64,000 nt of DNA. Source: Octopus vulgaris. Its lineage: Eukaryota. This document shows, in pieces, positions 53,348-64,000 of the stretch (position 1 is the first letter of the stretch; every line of letters starts with the position of its first letter). The translations under genes and the position numbers were made by a program. The stretch spans positions 41,354,001 to 41,418,000 of the forward strand of contig OX597835.1 of assembly GCA_951406725.2 (NCBI GenBank). The letters run 5' to 3'. Under the pieces are notes generated by a model. The model was not told where the DNA came from. It ran no database searches and saw nothing but the letters and a program-made list of their open reading frames with translations.

Positions 53348-53829
53348 CTGCAAAAAATAAGTAAAATAATTAAATAATAGGTACAGGTATGGCTGTGTGA
53401 TAAGAAGCTTGCTTCTGCGCATGTGTTGGTCAGTGTTTTTCTTTGCACTGCTAGGAGTCATGACGCTGTACACCAACATCGAGAATTATCGAACAAGTGA
53501 AGCACCATCCATATGTGGTTGATGCCAGCGCCACCTTGGCTGGCTTCCATGCCGGTGGCACGTAAAAAGCTCCAACTGATCGTGGCCGTTGCCGTTCCCC
53601 TGGCACCTGTGCCGGTGGCACGTAAAAAGCACCCACTACACTCACGGAGTGGTTGGCATTAGGAAGGGCATCCAGCCATAGAAACACTGCCAAATCAGAC
53701 TGGAGCCTGGTGCAGTCTCCTGGCTTCCCAGACCCCGGTCGAACCGTCCAACCCATGCTAGCATGGAAAACGGACGTTAAACAATGATGATGATGATGAA
53801 GCACAACTACAAAGTAAGACATTTGTTGT

Positions 53830-55200
53830 TTTGGGGTTCAGTGGGGGTTTGTTTTTTGTGTTTATTTATTTTGTCGATCAAGAAATCTCTACTGAGTTCC
53901 AGGCATTTGTCTGCCTGTGGTTGTGCTTAGAAGCCTCACTTAACAGTGAGAAATGTGTTTTGGGGACGTATCCCTACTCCAATAATTGCAAACATTGTGC
54001 ATATTTTTTACCCATTTTTTGGTGAAATTGTTGTGACTGCTTTGTGCCCTGGATTACCAAGTGGATTACTGAGTTGGCCAGGAGTACCAATATGGCCAGA
54101 AGAATAGTTTGCTGTGTCTTTGAACTGTTTTTTCTTTTCTTCTTCCTTCCTATGACATCACAATTTTCTTTTACACACTGTCTTGCAGTCCAAAATACTT
54201 CAAGTCTTTGGTCCTCATGTCACTGAACATAGACAAACTTTTTTTCTGCTTCTCCCTTGGCTAGATATACCTGTCTCCTAGCTTCCCTTCTGGCTATCTG
54301 GTACAGTTTACTGCTACCCCCACACTTCCAGGCCTTTCAGGCCTGTTTCTTTGCTCTAATGGCCCTGTCTACAGTATCTTTTCACCACCACATCACTCTA
54401 GGTCTGGATGGGGCTTTGCACCAGCCACAGATTTGGTCTGTGGCACTCAGCAAGGAATTCCCAGTTGCCTTCTATGTCACAAGTCTGTAGCTCCTCTTCC
54501 CTCTCATCAAATTTCTTAATTAGGATGTCCCTAAATCTCTAACCATATGAAGGGTCCTTAAGTTTCCAAATCCTTTTTTTCCAGATTGGTCTGCTTCTTG
54601 GCAGCCTTCTGGCCTGGAGTCTAAAGTCACTAACGACTAGTCTATGCTGGGGGGGGGATACATTCTTCACCAGGGAGGGTCTTTGTATTTAAGAGCAACC
54701 ATGCATCTTGCTGTCTGGTGAGAATGTAATTTATTTGGCTAGCACAGTCACCTGATTGGTAGATTATCAGGTGGTTGGTTAGCTTCCTGAAGTTGGTGTT
54801 GCAGAGCAACAGGTTATTTACATCATAGAACTTCAGTAGCCTTGTTCCCTCTTCGTTTTGGGAACCAATTCCATGGCCCCCATGTACACCATGAAAGATA
54901 CCGGGCTGCTGTCTGACATGCCCATTGAAATCCCCAGCCATGAAGATGAGATCATTGTCACTCGTCTTTGAGGCAGCCTGCAGGAGAATATCATAAAAGT
55001 AGTCCTTCTGTTCATTTGGTAGGCTTGCTTGTGGGGCATAGGTAGAGATAATTGTCACTGACTATCTCTATGACCTTATGCACTCCTTTCCCTGCAAGAA
55101 GTATGCCCACCCCACCTACCCTGTCGCTGTTACTTTCCTAGAAGATTTTATACTTATGTGTCTTGCCCGTGAGGAACCTGGCTGAAGCTCCTCTCCACCT
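53830..55200 (-). mobile_element. RTE LINE fragment, APE endonuclease region
   Basis: ORF 54642-55058 IISTYAPQ...MAGDFNGHV...GVHGGHGIG.QNEEGTRLL. Confidence 0.85.
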
Positions 55201-56384
55201 TAATGTAAGCATTGTAAATATTAAGTGTTATGAGTGTTGTAAATATAAGCATTATTGCTGGAAACATAAATGGGTCAATATTTAAATTAAGTAAACAAGC
55301 CACTATTGGTTAGTCCATTATATATAGAGAGAAAGAGGTAGGTGGTTTGTTAATTTACTAAGTAACACATCTTCTTTTGCACATACAGTAGCGTAGATGA
55401 TTGGTGGTGGTGCGTGTGGTGGGGTATGCAAGTCTTCTGGTACAGAAGCGAGACAGAGCTCTGTAGAAGTCTCCAGTATAATAGAAGAGATTTCTGGTAT
55501 AGGTGGCACGTAAAAAGCACCCACTACACTCGCGGAGTGGTTGGCGTTAGGAAGGGCATCCAGCCATAGAAACTCTGCCAGATCAGACTGGAGCCTGGAG
55601 CAGCCCCTGGCTTCCCAGACCCCGGTCGAACCGTCCAACCCGTGCTGGCGTGGAAAACGGAGTTAAACGATAATGATGATGATGATGATGATGATGTGGA
55701 GGGGTGGGAATGGGTGGGTGCATCATGGACAAGTAATGGCCAGCTTCACCTCAGGAAACAGAAATAGCAGTAAGGAGACACTAGTGAGGCAGAGAGAGAG
55801 AGAGAGAGACTTGAAAGACTATCGCTGGAGGAAATCTTGATAAGAATGAGATACTAGTATTATATTATAGTACTACATAGTAGTATTTTCTAGTATAGTA
55901 GTATGACATAGTTTGAATTCAGTGTAACGTTTTGTCTCTGCCCATTTTATATTCATTGAGGTATTAGTAGTAGAAAGAGCAACCGGCTATAAAAACTACT
56001 CACTGTAAAAATATACAAATATCAAAATTTGTGAAAAAAAACCTATCCCTCCTTTACAATTTAACAATGGAACAATTGTGCAAGTCAATAAGAAAAAGCA
56101 AAAAAAAAAAAGAGAGAGAAATAATTAAAATAAAAATTCTGCTGGTGGCAGATTTCATTTGCTGAAACAGATACAAGGGTGAAGTGTTCTTATCAAATGC
56201 AAACATTCACATAGTTTTTAAACTTTTACTTGCTTCAGGTATTAGACTGTGGTTGTGTGGTAAGAAGGCGGTGAGCTGGCAGAAACATGAGCATACCAGG
56301 CGAAATGCTTAGCAGTATTTCATCTGTCTTTACATTCTGAGTTTGAATTCCGCCGAGGTCAACTTTGCCTTTCATCCTTTCGAG

Positions 56385-56550
56385 GTCAATAACTTTAGTA
56401 CTAGTTATGCACTGGGGTCGATAAATTAAGTACCATTTATGCACTGGGGTCGATAAATTAAGTACCAGTTACGCACTGGGGTTGATAAATTAAGTACCAG
56501 TTATACACTGGGGTCGATAAATTAAGTACCAGTTATGCACTGGGGTCGAT
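56385..56550 (+). repeat. 32-bp tandem expansion inside SINE B
   Basis: gcactggggtcgataaattaagtaccagttat, about 5 copies. Confidence 0.85.
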
Positions 56551-57210
56551 GTAATCGACTTAATCCCTTTGTCTGGTCTGTCCTTGTTTGTCCCCTCTAT
56601 GTTTAGCTCCTTGTGAGCAAAAAAGAAATAAGAAGCTTGCTTCCCAACGACATGATTCCGGGTTCAGTCCCACTGCATGGCACCTTGGGCAAGTGTCTTC
56701 TACTATAGCCTTGGGCTGACCAAAGCCTTGTGAGTGGATTCGGTAGAGGAAAACTGAAAGAAATCTGTCATGTACATATGTGTGTGCGTAGAGTGGCTAT
56801 TTGAGTATGATCGTTACCAGCATCGCCTTACTGGCACTTATGCCTGTGCTAGTAGGGTACCAAGAACACCATCCGAGCATGATCGTTGCCAGAGCAGCCA
56901 ACTGGCTTCCATACCCGTGGCATGTAAAAGGGCACCATTCGAGTGTGATCGTCACCAACGTTGCTTCACTGGCACGTGTAAAAAGATTCGAGTGAGGTCA
57001 TTGCCAGTACCGCCTGAGTGGCCCCTGTGCAGGTGGCACATAAAAAGCACCCACTACACTCTTGGAGTGGTTGGCATTAGAAAGGGCATCCAGCTGTAGA
57101 AACTCTGCCAGATCAAGACTGGAGCCTGGTGCAACCATCTGGCTCGCCAGCCCTCAGTCAAAATCGTCCAACCCATGCTAGCATGAAAAATGGACGTTAA
57201 ATGGTGATGA

Positions 57211-57248
<38 letters not shown>

Positions 57249-57514
57249 AAAATGAAAGATGGAAGATGCAAGAACTTTTATTAATCACAACAATTGTTTC
57301 AACACATCTAGCACTGATCCCACGGAGGGTGGGGGCAGGAAACTCAACAACTGGTTCAGGAGCATCCGGCGGTGCAGATGTGTCTCTTCAGGTGATAAAT
57401 AGATATAACTCATTAACATAACAGTCCTGCAATGTATCTTCTCATTTCGTGTAAAGAAAAGCAGTAAAATAAAGGACATAGCTTTATTTATATAGAAGAT
57501 CAAAAATAACACAA

Positions 57515-57678
57515 CAGGTGCAGGAGTGGCTGTGTGGTAAGTAGCTTGCTTACCAACCACATGGTTCTGGGCTCAGTCCCACTGCATGGCATCTTGGGCA
57601 AGTGTCTTCTGCTATAGCCTCGGGCCGACCAAAGCCTTGTGAGTGGATTTGGTAGACGGAAACTGACAGAAGCCTGTC

Positions 57679-57761
<83 letters not shown>

Positions 57762-57970
57762 TGTGTTTGTGTGTCTGTGTTTGTCCCTCTAGCATCGCTT
57801 GACACCCGATGCTGGTGTGTTTACGTCCCCGTCACTTAGCGGTTCGGCAAAAGAGACCGATAGAATAAGTACTGAGCTTACAGAGAATAAGTCCCGGGGT
57901 CGATTTGCTCGACTAAAGGCAGTGCTCCAGCATGGCTGCAGTCAAATGACTGAAACAAGTAAAAGAGTGA
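57515..57970 (+). mobile_element. SINE family A, plus orientation
   Basis: Full-length reverse complement of 4341-4753; partial plus copies at about 14670-14815, 26397-26560, 56635-56770. Confidence 0.9.
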
Positions 57971-58664
57971 AGAGTATGCAAAAATGAAATGAATACACAA
58001 AACAGTGAGAAAAGCATCAAAGGTAACCATTAACAGATATGGATATATAAACACCTTCGTGCAAGTTGCATGGCACATGTACACTCACTTATACAAGCAT
58101 CCATGAAGATGTAAGCATATGCACATGTGGGGTTTGGTGCCCACATGTTCACATAGTGAGTTAAATGGGGAAGTTAAGGCTAAACTTAATCCATCTAAAC
58201 CTTAAAGTAAATTATGTTAACAGTTACTCAAATTCATTCCCACCGCATTGTACGAAAGTACATTTATATGCGTGTAGGCATATTGAGGGTCTTTCAGAAA
58301 TTCTATTAATGATCCTCTCATTGGTTCATAGAATAGATAGGGATTCCTCGGAGCAGAGTCAGCATCTCCTGGAAATGATATTGTATGGTTTTGCATGTCT
58401 TACTATGGACCAAGTTATGTTATACTTAATTTTACCTTCCTTCAATCATCACACAAAATTGGCCAAAGATGTTGGATGCCTCTTATTGATCCTCTTAATA
58501 TATATATATATATATATTCATTTCATTCCATAATGCCTACCTCTGATGAGTGTAGAGTTGCATAATTGGACTGTTACCTAACACCCTGTTGAATCCCTAG
58601 TGCAAAACCAATTGCTAAGATCGGCCATAATGGATATATAATACTGTACACTTCAATTAATATA

Positions 58665-59915
58665 TTGGGTCACCCCATAAATAATCTGGTTTTTTTCAAT
58701 TGCTTGAACTAAAAGTTGAAGGGGGACGAGATAAACTACCTGCATCAACTTGCAATAAAAGCAAGTAGTAATTTTACCTTGTGCTTATTCTTAGTGCAAG
58801 TTTTGAAGAGTGCAGTTCGATTTTAACAGTTATTTTTTTAAAGCTATAATGGAAGTGACGAAGGAGCATATTCGGCATATTTTGATTTATGGGGTCAATA
58901 GAGGCAACAACACAACAAAGAGTGCAAGGAATATTAATGCAGTGTATGGGGTTAGGACAATAAGTGTGGTCCCAGAAATTCCGAGCCGGAAACTATAGCC
59001 AAGAAGATGAGCCTCATTCTGGAAGATCCATAGAGCTTGACAAGAATGTCCTGCAAACCCTGGTGGAACAAAATCCCATTGTAATTGTTGAGGAACTAGC
59101 AGAGAAGCCTGGATTTGGTCATTCAACCATTTATTGACACCTGCGTACCATCAGAAAATTCAGAAAATTGGGTCAATGGGTTCCTCATGAACTTTCTGAG
59201 TCTAATTATGCGCAGAGAGTGAATGTATGCTCTTCTTTGCTCTTAAGTCTCACGAATGAATCATTTTAGGACCGAATAGTGACTGGTGATGAGAAATGGG
59301 CTCTCTATAAAAATGTCAAGAGCCAAAGTCAGTGGGTAGGGAAAGGAGAAACACCAGCACCCCAAGCTAAAGGTCTTCACACACTGAAGGCGTTGTTATC
59401 TGTTTAGTAGGATATGAAAGGTTTAGTCCACTCTAAACCCAAACCAAATGATAACAAAGGAGATCTACTGCGAGCAGCTTAAGTCAGTGCTAGAAGAAAA
59501 ATGACCATCTTTGGTTTCAAGACAAAAGGTGTTCTTCAATCAGGATAATGATCAGCCACATACAACAAGGATGACAATCCAAAGCCTGGAGCAGTTTGAA
59601 AGGGAAATGATGCCCTACCCACCATATTCACCAGACATTACCCCATTATCATTATCATTTATTCCGCAGTCTTCAAAATTATTTGGATGGAAAAATATGA
59701 ATTCTGTATATAAGGTCAGAACAGTACTGGAGGAATAGTTTTCTTCATGGACAAGTGAATTTTGGAAGAAGGGCCTGGCAAGTCTATCGGATAGATGGAA
59801 GAGCATTGTAGAAAATGAAGGAGAGTATATTCTAGATTAAAAAAGAAATTTGTTTATCTTAATTTTGAAAAATAAACGAAGTATAAAAAACTGCATTATT
59901 TATGGGATGACCCAA
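58665..59915 (+). mobile_element. Full-length degenerate mariner transposon
   Basis: TIRs ttgggtcaccccataaataat / attatttatgggatgacccaa with TA TSD; WVPHEL, IVTGDEKW, QDN..PH and YSPDI motifs; multiple stops. Confidence 0.92.
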
Positions 59916-60349
59916 TATATTATACATACACACATACATACATACATATGTATTCATATGAATAAATTTATATTAAAAACAAAAAGAAAAAATGTTTGAG
60001 AATTTTATCGTAGACAAAAGGAAGAAAATATTTACATTTTTTTCCAAATATTGCTTCTGGTTTCAATTGTTTTGAAGACAATTTAGTCATGGTTGTATAA
60101 AAGGAAAATAAATTGAAATAAAATAAATGGAATTCATCTTTAATAACATCAGTTATGGAAGTTCAAATGTTCTTCCACATTGATTTCATTTATTTGCAAC
60201 CAGTAACATATTTTAGCAAAAATGTCAATATTGTATTTCTCTCAAAATGTTGTCTTCTCTTTGTTTTTTTCAGATGCACATGCCTGCGTGCGCATACACA
60301 CACACTGTCAATGAAGCAACAACATTCTTTCAATCAAATATAAACTTAC

Positions 60350-60430
60350 ATTTAAAGTCTTTAAATGCTGTCTCAGAGATTTCCCACGAGTCTTCAGCAG
60401 CTCCTTTGATCGTTTGACATCTTCTGTTTC
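60350..60430 (-). CDS. Slimp: SLIMP-like (mitochondrial SerRS paralogue) exon A, coiled-coil region; upstream exons lie outside the window
   Basis: Long poly-T acceptor ...gtttttag|GAA, donor AAT|gtaagt; 81 nt, phase 0-0; ETEDVKRSKELLKTRGKSLRQHLKTLN resembles the SerRS tRNA-binding helical arm. Confidence 0.85.
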
Positions 60431-60740
60431 CTAAAAACAAAAAAAAAAAAAAGAATATGCATTTATCTACTGTTGATGTTAGCAGTATCATCATTATGAT
60501 CGTCACATTGTCCCTATTGGCTTGTGTCGGTCTGTGTAACCCTCAAGTGTGAGGGGCTCCATTTTAATACATTTCCATCCTTATACAGACCCCCTTTAAT
60601 CAATATATATATATAGGCACAAGTGTGGCTGTGTGGTCAAGAATGACATGGCTTCTATTAAAGTGTCACTCACAACTATCATGTGACATCAAGACAAGAA
60701 GACACAACACACAGACACCCACACACACATGTATTATATA

Positions 60741-60802
60741 TGATTGATTGATTGATTCTAGTTTCAGCTCATGAGCTGTGGCCATGCTGGGGCACCGCCA
60801 TT
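60741..60802 (-). mobile_element. LINE/SINE 3' tail with (AATC)n directly downstream of the 5S copy
   Basis: TGGCGGTGCCCCAGCATGGCCACAGCTCATGAGCTGAAACTAG(AATC)4; related to the 3' tail of SINE family A in this window. Confidence 0.75.
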
Positions 60803-60812
60803 TCCTTATGGA

Positions 60813-60932
60813 ATGCTTACAGCACCTAGGGTTCCCAAGCGGTCACCCATCTAAGTGCTAACTAGGCTCGATGTTGCTGAACTTCGGTGATCAGACGAGA
60901 ACCGGTGCTTTCAACGTGATATGGCCGTATAA
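60813..60932 (-). rRNA. 5S rRNA: 5S rRNA copy, probably a dispersed retroposed pseudogene
   Basis: 120 nt, TACGGCCATATCACGTTGAAAGCACCGGTTCTCGTCTGATCACCGAAGTT...GATGGGTGACCGCTTGGGAACCCTAGGTGCTGTAAGCAT, mollusc-type 5S; 5' end altered, no oligo-T terminator, single copy in an intron. Confidence 0.9.
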
Positions 60933-60939
60933 CGGGTGT

Positions 60940-61910
60940 CTTAGCAGAAGAATTATACAACCATCTGAAAAATAACAATCTACTTCCAGAAGAACAGATA
61001 GGATGCTGGAAACAAAGTAGGGCAACAAAAGATCACTAATTAGTCAATAAAACAATAATTAGAAATTGTAGATGCAGATTGATGCCACTGAATGTCGCAT
61101 GGTTAGATTACCAAAAAGCATATGACATGGGACCACATAGTTGGAAAAGTAAAACAATGAGTATGTTTGAATTAGCAAAAAGCATAAAGAAAATTATTGT
61201 TATTATTGCTTAGATGCAGCACGGACTTTGTCAGTGAACAGGTCGCGGATTTTAGCGACGAAAATATTTTGACAAATTAAACTTAAATGTTGAAGTGAAT
61301 CGAACGGCTTTTGTGTGTTTCTTAAATGGCTTATAAACACCTTCCACGCTGAAATTGTTTTCGTTTCAGCACACGATCTCAGATCAAATTACTTGCTATG
61401 CGAGTATATCTCCAAAATTATTGTTATATTTCAGAATGGTCATTTTGCCAGTTTAGCCAATAAAAACACACGCACTATATACTTGGTGTTATTATTGGCT
61501 AAACTGGCAAAATGACCATTCCGAAATATAACAATATTTGTTTCAACACACAGCTTCACATAAAAAATCTTGCATAACAAAAATGCATAAAGAAAATGCT
61601 TAATGAAAATACGAAACATTGGAACACTGAACTGATCAGAGAAAAACAAAATTCAGAAAAGTGAACATAAGATGTGGAAAAATTCCAAGGCGACATCTGA
61701 TCTCCATTACTATTTGTATTGGCCATGACACTGCTCACTATAATACTACAAAAAGTTAAAATTGCTAATGATTTTTGGAAAAGGAAATGGTCAGATAAAT
61801 CATCTCCTTTTCATGGATGATATAAAGGCTTATGTGAAAAATAAGAAACAGCTTAAAAAGTCTTGTACATGCTATCCGCATTTTCTCAAATGACATAGGT
61901 ATGGAATTAA
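60940..61910 (+). mobile_element. R4/Dong-type non-LTR RT fragment, interrupted by an insertion
   Basis: Degenerate WLDYQKAYD..PHSW, FQGD..SPLLFVLAM and INHLLFMDDIKAY motifs. Confidence 0.75.
61419..61536. repeat. Inverted repeat at the end of an insertion in the Dong fragment
   Basis: gaatggtcattttgccagtttagccaataa / ttattggctaaactggcaaaatgaccattc. Confidence 0.88.
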
Positions 61911-61916
61911 CCTATA

Positions 61917-63610
61917 TACAGTAAGACAGAAGTTTTAAAAAATAGCAAATTGGAAAGGACCAGGCCCAGGTGGAGTACAAGGCTATTGGCTGAAGAACTG
62001 AAGAATGTATTAAGAGATATAAAATTAGAAGCTATAAAATTGTGTGATTTTGATCTTGACAACAGAACTGAGCCTTTTGAGCCTAGAAGGCCCAGAATTG
62101 CTTTGAAAGATCATAAAGAAAATGTCTTCTCCAACCCTAAAATTACATTAATTTGCCAAGGAAGTTCTGACCTGGGTAAATTAAGTAAAATTATTCTAGA
62201 CAAGTATATTCCCAAACTTAAGGAAACATTAAAATTAGATCTCTGGTCCAATATCCAGGAAGTCATTGATTGGTTTGATAAATTAGATAATAAAAGTAGA
62301 AGTAAATTAATTCAATTAGACATTAATAATTATTATTCTTCAATTAATCCCATTGTACTAAATAGTGCACTTATTTTTGCTAGAAAAATTATAACCTAAG
62401 TTTAAGAGAAATTAAAGTTATTTTGGAAGCTAATAAGTCTATCATTCTATTCAATATCAAGTACTGGACCAGAAAAAATACTACTGATTATTTTCACATA
62501 ACTATGAGCTCAGCCGATTCTGCCCAAGTTACAGGCTTAGTAAGTATTTACATGCTATATCATTTCCATAATGAATTCCCAGAAATTAAAGGTGGTCTCT
62601 ATAGAGACGATGCACTATTTTTGATCAATAGTATATCTAATAGAAAAATAAACCTATATATGGAAAAGTTCCATAATTTCTTTAAAAGATTTAGTTTATC
62701 TATCTCTATAAAAAATGAACAGGATTCAGTTAATTACCTGGATGTAAATCTGAACCTTGTTACTGGCCTATAGAGTCCGTATCATAAACCCAACATTAGT
62801 TTAAAATACATCAACTTTCACAGTAACCTAGAGCTATCACAAGAACTCTGGTTAATAACATTTCGAGACGTGTTTCCTATTTATCCTCTAATGAGGAAAT
62901 CTTTAATAATAATGCCAAAAACTACAGTATATTGTAATAAGGAATGGGAAATACAACAAATCATATTATAATAATAGAAAACTGATTGACAATGAAATGG
63001 GTGAATATAATAGTAGAAAAGTATCCAGTTTATTAGTAAACAGTAATAATATGATTAACAATAGTTTTGATATTAATAAGAACAAAAGTAGTAAATATAC
63101 TCTAAATAAAAATAAATATTTAAATAAACTTAGGTCTAATGATAATAAATATATGCCATATACCAACCCAAATACATCCAATGATGTTAAGTAAATGAAG
63201 ATAATTATATTTGGCTTATCATTCCTTATGCACAACAAATAGAAACGAATCTGGTCAAGCTATTTTACAGGTCTATATCTAAGTACTATTAGAGAACATA
63301 AATATTATAAAATAATTAATAATAAAAGGATTAGAATGGGTTTTTCAGTATCTAAAAATTTGTTTAGAATTATCTCCTCCTTTAATAATAAAAGTTTGGA
63401 CAATTTTTATAATAAAAGAAAAAAGTAATAATAATATTACTCATAATGATCTAGCTAGGAATTGTGATTGTAGATATAAGGATAAATGTTGATCTAATAA
63501 TTTTTGTTTACAGAACAATATTGTATATAGATATAGGGTGGATTCGGAATGAAGAAATTATTTTTACATAGGATCTACAGAAAACTTTATTAAAAAACGA
63601 ATGTATAATA
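61917..63610 (+). mobile_element. Degenerate Penelope-like retroelement (Naiad-type): RT, CxCx5Cx5C linker, GIY-YIG
   Basis: ORFs 61950-62399 (LIQLDINNYYSSI) and 62423-62773 (ITMSSADSAQV, GGLYRDDAL); 63463-63507 CDCRYKDKC*SNNFC; then NIVY...YIGSTE; stops and frameshifts. Confidence 0.85.
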
Positions 63611-63929
63611 GTTTTCCCTTTGATTCCACACACAGACATACAATTCCATATGATGTCATGTGAGTATATTTATGTTTCATATTTTATATTGTATCTACAT
63701 ATTTATATTTATGTATATTTTTATGATGTATTCTGATGTTGAGAAATCTACTGATGAAATGAATTCTGACTCCTGAAATTTGTTCTCTTTTTATTAATCT
63801 TTATATTTCATGTTGCTCAGTTAATTAGAGTGCTAAGTTGTTGTTCTGTACAGGGAGTTATTTTCCCTTCGATCTGATCATATATATATATATATATAAA
63901 TATATATACATATATATATATATATATAC

Positions 63930-64000
63930 TAGCAGTATCGCCCGGGTTTGTAAGGGAAATAACTATATAAGCATTTTTAGAGATGTAAAGTATAATAGCC
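63930..64000 (-). mobile_element. Helitron 3' end running off the window
   Basis: a|ctagcagtatcgcccggg... is the reverse complement of a hairpin plus CTAG|T terminus. Confidence 0.5.

Noticed and set aside
58540-58610. CTGATGAG hammerhead candidate
   Set aside because: No GAAA box or stem II could be assembled
27762-60430. Functional SARS2, or a pseudogene of it
   Set aside because: Key catalytic residues are lost, but the frame and all splice sites are intact, which fits a pseudo-enzyme
63490-63552. In-frame TGA codons in the Naiad linker/GIY-YIG read as selenocysteine
   Set aside because: They are not at Cys positions, and the copy has other stops and frameshifts; most likely decay

Overview
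AT-rich, repeat-dense animal DNA, most likely an octopus or other coleoid cephalopod. That call is an inference from the mollusc-type 5S rRNA and the tRNA-SINE/RTE/Penelope/mariner repeat landscape with abundant (TA)n/(CA)n. Almost all ORFs in the supplied track come from microsatellites or transposons. Hidden among them on the minus strand is a multi-exon gene: 13 short GT-AG exons (60430 to 27762) splice with matching phases into 342 uninterrupted codons, plus a probable 14th exon (25023-24934). The 5' end lies beyond the window. The protein aligns by eye with mitochondrial seryl-tRNA synthetase, but the TxE motif, the motif-2 Arg and the adenine-stacking Phe are lost. This points to a SLIMP-like catalytically dead SerRS paralogue. 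Other notable items are a full-length 5S rRNA copy fused to a retroposon 3' tail, a degenerate Naiad-type Penelope-like element, Penelope-type palindromes with hammerhead-like cores, a solo LTR with TSD, mariner/piggyBac/hAT/Helitron elements, a 33-bp intronic minisatellite and two local duplications. There is no CRISPR or prokaryotic system. Repeat boundaries are approximate.
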